Assembly: GCA_002633005.1 (NCBI GenBank)
Contig: NMRA01000430.1
Coordinates: 165,997 to 229,996 of the forward strand
DNA: 64,000 bases
From: Phoronis australis
Lineage: Eukaryota; Animalia; Phoronida
Direction of reading: 5' to 3'
Shown here: positions 38,902 through 52,400 of the stretch, in pieces
Layout: each line of letters begins with the position of its first letter
Numbering within the stretch: the stretch's first letter is position 1
Position numbers and translations under genes: made by a program
The notes under the pieces: model-generated
Database searches by the model: none
Told to the model about the DNA's origin: nothing
What the model saw: only the letters and a program-made list of their open reading frames with translations

Positions 38902-38977
38902 CTCGCTGGTTCCTTGCGTCCTAGTCAGCACGCGTGTTGGCTACTGACTACCTAGCGGCACGCAGGGAACCAGCGAG
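38902..38977. other. 76-bp hairpin element
   Basis: CTCGCTGGTTCCTTGCGT pairs with ACGCAGGGAACCAGCGAG; inner TAGTCAG/CTGACTA. Confidence 0.7.
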
Positions 38978-41900
38978 TGAGAGTGACGGACGCACGCTCT
39001 GAATTTCTAGTATTTAAATTTAAAAATTGTTGTGACTAAGAGTTCAATTCCGAATACTTATGACAATTCATACTTTTGCAGTGTTTAAGCTGTATTTGTC
39101 TTTAGCTACTGATTCAATGTTTTATAATCAAAATGCACCGATTGACCTTTTGAACGAAATTATCACGGGTAGGCCTATACTGGGAATGCGCTCTAGGATT
39201 TTAACTTTTCAATACATTTGATTAAAGATATAAACCAACCTCCTAAAATCGTCACTGCCCTTCGAAGATGGTAAGCAATATAGATGGAAATGAGAGTGGT
39301 AACCATTCTGTACTTGACACCTGTTGGTTATCAGGAAAACTATTTTCATGCATTATAGGATACTAATATTAATGGGTAGATGTGACTGTCAAAATTATAA
39401 AATGTGAAATAAAGTTTAAAGCATTACTAATCATTATAATCATCATTGTAATAAAAAGCGCATTTTAATCATTTGTCACAGAACTCGACCTAAGCTTGTA
39501 CAAAGTTATTTACTGGGCCATGTTTTTGATGGTTCTGACGTATGCCCAAAGGTGATGTATTAAAAGTATTAATAACTTACAAAGTGTGAAGCAGACAATT
39601 TGTTTAGCATGGTTTAGTTGACAGCATCCTTATGGCATTAATATTTTGATTCAAAACACCGTGCTGTCTTCGGTGAAAACAAGACATTAAAATACATTAT
39701 ATTTAGGATTGTGATTCTGGAATATGTGAAGCTAACAAACTAATCAGATGCTGGTCTTTATTTAGTAATTAGCATGATTAGCTTTTCATCCAGCATTTTA
39801 ACTCGTGCCTCCTTTTCAATTTTAAAGAGATGCATTAAATATTGTCACATCACGGTTCACACAGGTACAGTCATGAATTTCTTCATCCACGGTGTCATTT
39901 TTTAGAGTTTCAAAGAATATTCCGACATTCTGTTCTTCCCGTGGTCTCCAACAATTTCATTTTTCATTTCTATACGCCTATTTAATCTCGTCGAAGCTCA
40001 GCAGAAAAAATAGCGTCATTCTTAAAAAGACAGCGAGATCAAAGTTCTTGTTTTGACAAAAATATGTAAGATAAGACAATGAAATTGTCTCATAAAATCC
40101 ACCCAAGCCGCTGAAAACACAACAAGAGTGACTACAGACAGTGAAGGTGTGACAAAAATGCTCAACAAAGTAGCTGCCAGGTTGATACCCCTTAAAACTG
40201 CAGAAACATCGGCTTTTTCTCAACGCAAAACATAGCATAGCAGTCGGTAAGAGCAGAAATGGTAGCGGGTTCACTTGATTCCAGCGCAACAGCAACTTGA
40301 CATGTTTTCCTTTAGGTCTCTTGTTATTTGTACTCTATAGCACTTTATAAATTCTTTTATATGAATATTTTGAGTCTTGAATTTTCCAAAAGCTAAGTAT
40401 AAGTTTCTTTACTAACTCGGGGAGCAACAGAAAGTACTACAGTTGAAGTTCGGGAAAACAATGACGACTGAGTTAGTGTCCCCATTTGACACCAGGTAAA
40501 TTAGGATAATGAAAATTAATCCTTTTTATCAAAAATTCATAAAGAGCTTTGACAGTTCACTTTTAGCTGTTACGCAATTCGTCCTCGTGGTGTTGAGATT
40601 ATTCTCATGCAGTGTCGGGCCATTATTCGGCGAGATCTCAAGTTTTGTGCCTATGCCTATAAGCTGTGTTATTCAGCTTTTTTAGTTAGGCAGTGAGGTG
40701 TAATTCATATTTCAATTTGTAGCCTACAATGTTGCAAACCTTTGATGAGGAGTACGAGATTCTTGACTTTGCCACCACACCGGCTTTTAAAGCGATTAAA
40801 CCGGGCGGCCCACTTTCCGCCCGAGATTTTGGCAATTCACCAACCATAATTTTTTATTAGGTTGAAATCTAACCATCCATATTTCTAAATCAAATCATTC
40901 GTGAATTACACATGACGTAGATGTTACGTTTTATACTTCTTAGAAACTTTTGGTCTTCAGTTTTTCCTTTGCCAACAACGGTCCAGCAGACACAACGGTA
41001 GCTAACAGGGTTCTCCTCGCGACTGATGTATATTTTATGTAGGCCTACTATCAACACTCAAGTAAAAGAGACTGGTTTCAACTCGTATTATCTATTTAAC
41101 GATCTGAACACACTGAGCTACTAGCATGCATTATAAATATGTTGGTGGCCATGATTGTAATAACAGCTGACAGTATAAACAAAGACTGAAGCACCGCGCT
41201 CATCAATTACAACGACGGTGTGACGTCTCATGCAGCTTTAATAGAATGTAGGTCAAGGTGCTTGGTCAACATTCATTGCGTTTTTTGAGAATTATTTTGA
41301 CTCAACCCAACAGTCCTCTTTAGGACTAATCCAATAGTCCTTTTCAGGATTACGTATTATTCATTCGTTCCTTAAAGTACATATCGTGAATAATACGCTT
41401 ACAAGGAAGTCACACATTTTGGATAGGCCTATGGCGGGAATTTTCACCGCTAGCTTCTGAGCGGCTTTTACCAGGATCACCAAAACAGTTGCCAATTTTT
41501 AAAAATCGATGAACTAATCTAAAAACTACAACCATTGGGTCCGATTGAAGATAAACTACCGCGCGTATTAATGTACTCGGTCGTGGATATACAAACGCTG
41601 ATCAGAGTTAACTATCACATGCATTCATTTTTTAAATATTCTTTGAATCTCGTTTAACCAGATTTTTTACCAGGAAACAGTTGTACTTAACTTGTGCCCA
41701 CTTTTCATTTTTATTACTGACAATCAGCTAGAATAGTTAGCCTAGGTGCCACCGAAATTGTTCAGAGATTCCAAAAATCTTCAGATTGGTTATCACCATA
41801 TGTGCACGTTTGTATATATTTTATAATTTGAGTTCTAATAAAGATTTAACTTTAATGGCACGTGAAATGTTTAGTGAGCATGTAATGTGGAAAGTTCAGG

Positions 41901-42299
41901 GATGGGCTCACAATGAACTTAACTAATTAAGTTTCGCAACTCTTTTGGTACTTCAAGTAAACTAAAGTTATCAACCCATCTCCGGTAAGATAAAAAAATA
42001 AGTGGGCAGGAGCATTAAAAGTTAAATTACGAAATCCAATATGAAACATATCGTTCCTTTGGGAAGTGGCCCTTTGTGAAGATAAACACAAGTTAATCTG
42101 TTTAGTCATTTTGTATATTTATAATGTACCGAGTTAAAACTACTCTCTAGAGTTGCGGGTTGTAACTCTGCAAATTGCAGAGAAAACCAAATTGGGGATA
42201 CCAACAACAACCTTTGTTGAGACAATAATTCTAGCTATCACTTTAGCCACTTCATTAGCTCAAATCTACATCAATACAAAGGGCGTGACTGCATAGACA

Positions 42300-43203
42300 C
42301 GCACGGTAATTGTCTCAGTGGCCGGCCCTGAGCGGTGACCAGTGTTAGCGAGAAATTGTCCACATGTTCAAGTGCGATATATACCGTATAGATTTTAGTG
42401 TTCATTAAAAAACATATTTTCCTTGGGTGTTAAATTGTGAAAAATTGCCGAAAGACTGGCACCCTAGCTTAGGCTGGTGCCAGTTTGCGGCTAAGTCGTA
42501 CCTTTTTGTGGGATAGATTTTCAGTTAGTCTCGGCTGTAGCCGGGAAGTCCCATCCACGGTGCACCGGCCGTTGAGACCAGCGTTGCAACGCGGGCCTTT
42601 ACTACTTAGCAGGGACGAAATTGAAATTTAGGGGCCTATTGGACCTCACGCGGGTTCCGTAGTACTTATGAAAACGTACCGTCTATATACTCGCAAGTGG
42701 TACGCGCATGCGCGAGCACCCGGTATGAGTGAACCCCCGGAAATACACTACATTTATGTATATGTATATACGCCTACAAATTAGGTCTTTTGGAAAATTT
42801 GTCGAGTGGACGCAATGAACCACACATTTTGACTTAATGTGTAAAAATTCATTTTCCGACTTTCTGAGAACAGTGCTGAGTTGCGACGAAAAACCCGAAA
42901 ACGGCGTGCATCCCCCGAGGCTTTTGAACGGTCTTCCCGAAAAAAAAAACAAAACACCACCGGCACAACGCTCCTCTCACCAGCACTGGTCACCGCCTCT
43001 AAAAGACACCTCCGTTGCAAAACCCGGCATCCCCTAAAGCCACCGCCGCCAACACCACCCGTCCCCCCAGATTTGTTGTGAGCGGGATAAACCGTGCCCA
43101 CTTTCCGCGCATGCGCATTAAGGTACCGTAGCAGATTTATTTTTTCACCTTTCAAGCGGTGCTCTCATCACACCGGTTTTTGTCGGTGAGTATGATGTGG
43201 AAG
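42300..43203 (+). promoter_or_regulatory. CpG-enriched putative promoter upstream of CWH43, with two NRF1-consensus palindromes
   Basis: Local rise in CpG; GCGCATGCGC at 42704-42713 and 43107-43116; donor-like CG|GTGAGT at ~43185 and ~44049; YY1-like AAAATGGC just after the gap. Confidence 0.5.
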
Positions 43204-43908
43204 NNNNNNNNNNNNNNNNNNNNNNNNNNNNNNNNNNNNNNNNNNNNNNNNNNNNNNNNNNNNNNNNNNNNNNNNNNNNNNNNNNNNNNNNNNNNNNNNN
43301 NNNNNNNNNNNNNNNNNNNNNNNNNNNNNNNNNNNNNNNNNNNNNNNNNNNNNNNNNNNNNNNNNNNNNNNNNNNNNNNNNNNNNNNNNNNNNNNNNNNN
43401 NNNNNNNNNNNNNNNNNNNNNNNNNNNNNNNNNNNNNNNNNNNNNNNNNNNNNNNNNNNNNNNNNNNNNNNNNNNNNNNNNNNNNNNNNNNNNNNNNNNN
43501 NNNNNNNNNNNNNNNNNNNNNNNNNNNNNNNNNNNNNNNNNNNNNNNNNNNNNNNNNNNNNNNNNNNNNNNNNNNNNNNNNNNNNNNNNNNNNNNNNNNN
43601 NNNNNNNNNNNNNNNNNNNNNNNNNNNNNNNNNNNNNNNNNNNNNNNNNNNNNNNNNNNNNNNNNNNNNNNNNNNNNNNNNNNNNNNNNNNNNNNNNNNN
43701 NNNNNNNNNNNNNNNNNNNNNNNNNNNNNNNNNNNNNNNNNNNNNNNNNNNNNNNNNNNNNNNNNNNNNNNNNNNNNNNNNNNNNNNNNNNNNNNNNNNN
43801 NNNNNNNNNNNNNNNNNNNNNNNNNNNNNNNNNNNNNNNNNNNNNNNNNNNNNNNNNNNNNNNNNNNNNNNNNNNNNNNNNNNNNNNNNNNNNNNNNNNN
43901 NNNNNNNN
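43204..43908. other. Assembly gap
   Basis: Run of N; ORFs spanning it are artefacts. Confidence 0.99.
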
Positions 43909-46261
43909 AATAAAATGGCTGCCGAAGGCAGTGCACATTTGAAATAACTCGGCACAAATTAAAGAAAACTTCCGAATCGATGAATGCGGTATATCTGTGA
44001 GAGTTAAATCGAATCCTATTCAGATCATAACTTTGAAGTGGAATAATTCGGTGAGTACAACAGCAAGTCGGTTTTATGCTTAGGCGGACGAACATTGGGC
44101 TCCCCAGTATATATCTTTTAATGACACTAATTTTGTGTCACATTTTATTTGGCCAGTTTTTTTACCCACATCAGCACTCCCTGCAAAGCTGTATTTTAGT
44201 ATAAAGCGCTTGCATCAAGGCTTAATAGCCTTGACAGGCAGCCTAGTTTCTTGAGATCAAACTCGACATAACCTAACCAACAGGAGGTACCAACAGCCAG
44301 TACGTATGATCAAGTGCCAGTCAGTGACGCCACTGTTTTGACGTTTTGTTTCGAGACAATTTTCATCCAGTATCCCTCAGACTTGTCAGGTTAGCAAAAA
44401 CAACCCAGTTTGGTTGACTCTCATTGTCTACCCATTTTTTGGAATCTAGATTGTTTTGGCAGTCTGAGTGTTTTTTCTTCTGGTGTCTAGTAGGTGCATG
44501 CGAGTCATGGTTTTGGGTGGAATGGCAGTTTTGTGTATTTTTGCTCGTTTTTCAGCATGGCCAGTCGTGGTTTGCCGACTTGCCGTCGGCATGAAAGCAA
44601 GAGAAATGCACTTTGCATGCAAGTTTTTTAGACTGTAGGGAATCTTTATGTACGCTCAGTACCTGCATGTTTCATATTTTGTGATTCTTTTGTAGAAAAG
44701 AAATAAACTGCTTACTCTCCGTTCACCCTGCCTGGGGAGGTGAAAATGAGGAACTATTACTAACACCTAAGGTGACATGGAAAAAAGGAAAAGTTTGGAA
44801 AGAGAACAAAAGAGGGCGCTTTGTTATTGACTTCTGCACGATTAGTTCAGCTCCAGTTCCGTGGTCATCAGGTAACTGTTTCCTCAAGGAGGATATGAAT
44901 GTGAAATTAAAAGGGTATATCTGTCTTCGCTTATTTGTAAGTGAAAGTAATTTACTAACTAATTATGAAACGTATAGTTAATAAAAATATTTATTTGAGT
45001 GTTTATTGGTGCAGAGCTTTTCTTTCATTCACGTTTTGTAGTTACGGTTGATTAATTATACTCTGGGTCATCTGCAGGTTGACAGTGTCACTTTTCTTGC
45101 TAGTGGTAGTGTGGGTTCGTGGGGCTGTTCTCTGCTCCCTACATTCCCTCGTCCGTATGTTCCACAACACTTGTACCCTTGTCCCTATGTTCCCCTGCCC
45201 CCATGTTACCACATCCCGATGTTCCCTGGTCTTGTGTTCCCCCACCTCGATCATGGGAGCTTATTTAGATCTGTTAGAACATACCTCTAGTATACACCAT
45301 ATAAGTGAAGAAGGAAATGCTGAATCTGCCATAACACAAGAATAAAGATGTGCCGGAAGTCTGGCGTGCTGTGCGTGGTAACCTGCTGCTCTGGCAAAAT
45401 TTGCAATCTCGACACTATGTGGTGTATGTGATTACCTACTCATTGATCTGGGTCAGACAACGAATGAGCCTGATCAAAGGTCAAGCAACAACCAATCACA
45501 GCGATCGATATGCGAACCACTTCTGGCGCATCTATATCTGACTTCTGGCACATCTGCTAATAATGACGTATGCAGTAATCTCTTCTTATGGTGTATACTA
45601 AAGGTATCCACTTACTAAGTGACTACACTGTAAGAATCATTAAATCTTTATTTATAGTGCTCACTGGATATCACAAACATCAATTCAATATTCCAAAAAC
45701 TACAAAACAGAAAAAAAAAACTACAGTACTTTAATTGAAAATTTGTTAGTGTCGTGGACATGAGTGTGACATATGAAGGGACCCAGTGCCAGTGTGTCAT
45801 GTCTACCAACGCACGAGTTTCTTTTACAAACTTGTGCCATGTCTGCCCTTTTTTGGTGTCTCGTGGGAAAGTAAAAAAGCCTCAGCGTATTCAAATAATT
45901 AGTTGTCACAACCACCACAAATGCTACACCTTGTCATTCTTTGTAATACCATAAACCACAGGAAAACAAGCAGCAATATCTGACAAGTTTTCACATTAAA
46001 CACAATAGAGCATGACTTATGTGATTGGTTGTCCTGATTCTATGTAGCATGTATCAACTAAGTTAGTGTTTCCCCTGCATGCAAAATTCTGGGCGGCCCG
46101 CCACGCTCCTTTTTGGCTCTGCCACTCATAGTGTTGCCCACATTGACTGCCACACAACTAATCCTGACGGGAAAATGTCACCGCTAAGCAAGAATTGATA
46201 GGAAAAACAAATATGCAATATTCGAGTTTCATGGCTTAACACAGAGTTGATCGTATACGAT

Positions 46262-46337
46262 TGGCGTAGATGAAAGTAATATCCCACTTGACATTATTAC
46301 GCGGAATGTATTGTGAGATATTACTTCATCTACGCCA
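46262..46337. other. Short hairpin element
   Basis: TGGCGTAGATGAAAGTAATATC pairs with GATATTACTTCATCTACGCCA. Confidence 0.7.
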
Positions 46338-46444
46338 CTCTCAGTACGTTCTGTGTATATATACTTGTACACATGTCCGTGTTCAGTTAAAACTTACATA
46401 ACTGCAAAGTAACACACTCACTGCTGTGTTTTCAGGTGTCTGCA

Positions 46445-49400
46445 ATGGGCAAGGATGAGGAACAAGAGAAAGAAGTTGGCTTCAGAGACTTGTTGAGAGA
46501 AGCCTGCTTAGGTATATCTTTTAGATAATCACGAGAGTGGCCTGAATATTGATTAGGTTTGTTGACACCTTTTATCTTGTTGCAGCAAGACAAAATGGCT
46601 GTGCAATGGGTCTGTCTGACACTCCGTGGTTCTGCGCCTGCGTTTTCAGACGCTGTAATCCAAATTAAGCAAATTATCCCAGTAACAGACTACTTGACTG
46701 TGACATTGATTACTTACAACAATTTATTCCATAAAACAAACTTAAGTTACCTGTAACAGGCCTGTGTGCTGCCTAGAATTTGAATTCATTACAAGTATAT
46801 TTTCTGACATTAGACACTATTAGACTGGGACCTAACCTCATGTTGAACATTAGAATGTATGTAGAATTTAATGTTCAACTTTTTACTAGTTGTGATCTTG
46901 TCTTATAAATGAAACTAATTTTGCAAAAGAAAAAGAAAGATATGTTCAAAGCAATGGTATGGTATCAGTTGTGTGACGCTATGGTATCAGTGAAGTGGTG
47001 AAAATTTCTTTGATGCGAATATTCAAAATGGAATCTAGAAAATGTCAGTTTTTAAATTATTTCTTTTTGTTTTATGTAACGTTGATTTATTATAGAAACC
47101 ACGTAAGTCTCATTTTGTGATAGCATATTTTCCAAAAGAGAAGCATTTTTTAAAAACGATTCCTTAAGAGCATCTTGGAGAGCTGTGCATAGCATTATCT
47201 AAACATTTTATATGAATTCAATCAGCCATGTATATGGTGTTTTGACGTTAGACAATTTTTTACATTTGTTGGAAATTACTCATTAACTTTAAAGCTGTTT
47301 AACCTGTGGTGATGGTCAGATAAATTGTGCCCGAATTTTGAGAACCAGTTTTCTCCACTAAATAATGGGCATCAATCTGGTTCTCAAAATACGGGCACGT
47401 TATGTCAGACTATTCCCTAACCTCTGACAGTGATATTTTGTTTTATTGGTGGTGATTTTGTTTTCAGGCTATGCTTTCTGGTCATTGTTCCATGGTTTAG
47501 GCCCCATGATATGGTTCTATCCTCTCAACGAGCTGGCCATCTCTGGCTATGAATCTTTTTGTCTCATCTGGCTGTGTCCCATCCTCACTGGCTTTGAACC
47601 TGTCATGCGACTTATTCAACACAAGTGGACCATGATGGTACTGCGTGTGTGCGTTCTGGTATCTCTAGCATCTTACCAAGCACCCAGCACCCTGTCCAGG
47701 CTAGCTGTCCTTTCCTTCGGCAATGGAGCTGCAGTGTTGGTTGTCACGGCAACATTATGGAGCAAGTCTCGGAAACAGCGGTAAGTCATATCTCAGTGGA
47801 AGAAATACTGTTTAATATATAAAATGTTGACGCTAGTCAGTAATATCTTATTCTACAACAAACTCACTGAAAATACTTCTAAAGTATTATAAAGAGGATC
47901 CTTTGTAGAATAGTCACCTCATGAATGAGTCCAAGCATACCTTATTGCTATATAATACTGCAAAAAGTCTGACCTTCGAGGTCAAACCATTTATGGACTC
48001 CTCTGAATTAATCCACTTGCATTCTGACCCCATCATGGTCATAGAGGTTTTCAAGTAGTAATGAGGCATGGCCATGAGATACAGCTGAATTATTGAACAT
48101 CAAATTCTCATCTGTCCAGTGCCATCGTTTTCTGTTTATTTTCTGTTTTCAGTAATAAGGCAATCTGGGTTTGTGAAGAACATTGGGTTTTTAATATAAT
48201 TTTATATTGATGTTCATCCCCTCTTGTTTTGAACTGCTTTACCCTGTTTTATCTTCGTGACGGCAGTGTCTTTAAACATCTTTACGAATTTTCTATTTTT
48301 GTTTTCTAGCTGCCTTACTTTCTGGGGACTTGTGTTGGGCTTTTTCTTCATGTTGGTGGCTCGTATATTCTTCACTTCATTTTGCCCCACCTGGTGGAGT
48401 AACACTTCTAATACTGGTGTGATCACTGTGGTTGCTATAGCAACAATAGACAAGTTTGCCTCAGGTAAATATAGTTTCTACTCGTTAAAAATGCAGCAAG
48501 TGTCAAAATGTAACTGTTCTTATCACTAATCATGTCATGTTATTATATTTTCAACTTCGGGAATAAGCATGCTTTTTGCTACTTCTAGTTCAGTAAAGAA
48601 TGCAGACATATTTTTTATTAGCTCAGACAAATTTGCGATTGTTATAGTTCATGCACTCAACCCCTCAGATAAGCTGGACTGAGATTTAACGTAATGATTA
48701 TGACCCGTCAAGTTGTCGCGATTGAAACTTATGAGTTGCTAAAATGTACTTATTTGCTCTAGTGTGCAGAAATTACATAAAAAGTATCTGTAAACTCAAA
48801 CACACTGACACAATAGGTACTGTGGTAGTTGTCAACTTCAACAGTGATTACTCCTTGACAAGTCTATATACTAAAGGACTGTTAAAAGCAGGAGTGTGAT
48901 CTTCTTTGAAATTCTCATTTGGTTTCCCGACCACGTCTTTCACCATCCTCACATTGTTTTCATCCCTGTCTCAATAGTAATGACACCTGTTCGTGCTGTA
49001 ATTCCTGATCTCAGGTGCCTAGTTATTACAGCCTCTATATGGAGAACTAAAGTCTTGATTAGTTGATCGCAAGTTCAGGGGTGATCACATAGCATTCAGC
49101 AAGGAAAGTCAATGATAGGAGTCCTGTTTTCTTTAACTGACACCCCTACTACTTAGGCTAGTCCAGTTCCAAGAAAGACAGCCTGATGTGGGGTCAGGTT
49201 TATAACCATTGCATGAGGTGATGTTTCGAAACGAGTACAAAACAATTTTTGACTACATGAGGCCATACTAATGAAGGGTGGCGACAGGGAGTCTAGGGTC
49301 ACAACCAAGGGGAGTAGAATTGGTGGCTACTGGTGCTGTAGATTTTCCACTCAACAAAAAATTCTCTTTCAGAATGCAAAAATTGCACATTTATGAATTC

Positions 49401-52400
49401 ACAGCATTAATGCTCAAATATTGCGGGTTTATTTTGACAGGGAATCATTCAGTTTATGCTCAAGCTGTAAAGACTGTGGGCTTCGAATCAAATGAGAATT
49501 TAATTCTTATGTCTATATAGTTTTAAGTACCATAGCTGAATATAATTATTACTTTTGTTACGTTGTAGGTGATGGCCAGTTAACCAGACGTGACTGTACA
49601 CTCCAGTCACATGACAAGTCCAACTGGCTGTTTACTAGTCTTGGCTTTGGTAGTCTGCTCTTTCTCACCCACTGGATCTACAGTGAGGTGTCTTTACTCA
49701 GCAGGTGGACAGTGACTGGCTACCCTAACACTGGCCCTTCACCTCACCCATGGGGGTATGTATTGCGCAGTATGGGAGTTACTCGTGTATGACTGTCTTG
49801 AATGTAGTGATTCGCCTATCAGTCGTTTAGGGTCGGGGAAAGTTAGAGGTGTTATTTACCAATTTCTGACACAAAGACGTCCTTTTGATTTAGGCCTCTT
49901 CTAATTGTAAAGGTGATCTCGCAGATTGTTCCCTACCCTTATTAGAAGTGTTCAGGACTTGTGAAGAACTGAGCCTTGTCTCGAGCAACAAGCCCAGAAA
50001 TCACTCCTATTCTGAGTAGGGATCGAGCTGACATCAATTTTATAAGATATGACCATTTCTGAGCCAACTGAGTGTAAAATAATTATGTGACGTGCACCCT
50101 CAATCATGCTGCAGGTTTTGCTTTGCTCACCTCATTTTTCCAAGAGTGACATGTACAGTTGCCTCATACTGATCTCCCCTTGAGTCAAGTGGAGTTTGAG
50201 CTGGTAAAAAACAATTTTGTCTTTATTTCCAGATTATGCGTTCTTGGGGCTTTGACTACTGGATCACTTGGGTCGTTTTTTCCTTGGTTGAGGAAATCCA
50301 TTGTTTGCTGGGTGATTGGCGCTGTTTCTTTTGCTTTGTTATATGTGCGAATAAAGGAGGATCCCTGGCTGGCGTTTACAGGTAAACAAAGGGCTATGCA
50401 TCGGTAGCATATACAGGTAAATGAAAGGCATTGCCTGGGTAGCATTTACAGGTAAATTAAAGGTGGTACCTGAGTAGTATTTACAGGTAAATGAAAGGTG
50501 GTACCTGAGTAGTATTTACAGGTAAATGAAGGGTGGTGCTTGGGTAGCATTTACAGGTAAATGAAGGGTGGTGCCTGAGTAGCATTTACAGGTAAATGAA
50601 GGGTGGTGCCTGAGTAGCATTTACAGGTAAATGAATGGTGGTGCCTGAGTAGCATTTACAGGTAAATGAAGGGTGGTGCCTGAGTAGCATTTACAGGTAA
50701 ATGAAGGGTGGTGCCTGAGTAGCATTTACAGGTAAATGAAGGGTGGTGCCTGAGTAGCATTTACAGGTAAATGAAGGGTGGTGCCTGAGTAGCATTTACA
50801 GGTAAATGAAGGGTGGTGCCTGAGTAGCATTTACAGGTAAATGAAGGGTGGTGCCTGAGTAGCATTTACAGGTAAATGAAGGGTGGTGCCTGAGTAGCAT
50901 TTACAGGTAAATGAAGGGTGGTGCCTGAGTAGCATTTACAGGTAAATGAAGGGTGGTGCCTGAGTAGCATTTACAGGTAAATGAAGGGTGGTGCCTGAGT
51001 AGCATTTACAGGTAAATGAAGGGTGGTGCCTGAGTAGCATTTACAGGTAAATGAAGGGTGGTGCCTGAGTAGCATTTACAGGTAAATGAAGGGTGGTGCC
51101 TGAGTAGCATTTACAGGTAAATGAAGGGTGGTGCCTGAGTAGCATTTACAGGTAAATGAAGGGTGGTGCCTGAGTAGCATTTACAGGTAAATGAAGGGTG
51201 GTGCCTGAGTAGCATTTACAGGTAAATGAAGGGTGGTGCCTGAGTAGCATTTACAGGTAAATGAAGGGTGGTGCCTGAGTAGCATTTACAGGTAAATGAA
51301 GGGTGGTGCCTGAGTAGCATTTACAGGTAAATGAAGGGTGGNGCTCAAGCTGTAAAGACTGTGGGCTTCGAATCAAATGAGAATTTAATTCTTATGTCTA
51401 TATAGTTTTAAGTACCATAGCTGAATATAATTATTACTTTTGTTACGTTGTAGGCGATGGCCAGTTAACCAGCCATGACTGTACACTCCAGTCACATGAC
51501 AAGTCCAACTGGCTGTTTACTAGTCTTGGCTTTGGTAGTCTGCTCTTTCTCACCCATTGGATCTACAGTGAGGTGTCTTTACTCAGCAGGTGGACAGTGA
51601 CTGGCTACCCTAACACTGGCCCTTCACCTCACCCATGGGGGTATGTATTGCGCAGTATGGGAGTTACTCGTGTATGACTGTCTTGAATATAGTGATTCTC
51701 TATCAGTCGTTTAGGGTCGAGGAAAGTTAGAGGTGTTATTTACCCATTTTCAGACACAAAGACGTCCTCATCAAATTGTAAAGGTGATCTCGCAGATTGC
51801 TCCCTTACTCTTATTAGAAGTGTTCAGGACTTGTGAAGAACTGAGCCTTGTGCAGAACTGAGCCTTGTCTCGAGCAAGCCCAGAAATCACTCCTATTCTG
51901 AGTAGGGATCGAGTTGACACCAGTTTTATAAGATATGACCATTTCCGAGCCAACTGAGTGTAAAATGATATAATAATGATGTGTGCACCCTCAGTCATGT
52001 TGCAGGTGTTGCTTTGCTCAACTCATCTTTCCAAGTGTGAGACGTACAGGTGCCTCATACTGATCTCCCCTTGAGTCAAGTGGAGTTTGAGCTGGTAACA
52101 AACAATTTTGTCTTTATTTCCAGATTATGCGTTCTTGCGGCTTTGACTACTGGATCACTTGTGTCGTTTTTTCCTTGGTTGAGGAAATCCATTGTTTGCT
52201 GGGTGATTGGCGCTGTTTCTTTTGCTTTGTTATATGTGCGAATAAAGGAGGATCCCTGGCTGGCGTTTACAGGTAAACAAAGGGCTATGCCTCAGTAGCA
52301 TATACAGGTAAATGAAAGGCGTTGCCTGGGTAGCATTTTCAGGTAAATTAAAGGTGATACCTGAGTAACATTTACAGGTAAATTAAAGGTGGTACCTGAG

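Noticed and set aside
38978-39012. Helitron 3' end (weak hairpin then CTAG|T)
   Set aside because: The hairpin is weak and no 5' TC end or second copy is identifiable in the window.
43145-44095. Long ORFs of 238-316 aa
   Set aside because: They span the N gap.
50372-51341. 35-bp repeat array as a CRISPR array
   Set aside because: Units are contiguous with no unique spacers, in a eukaryotic intron, with no cas genes.
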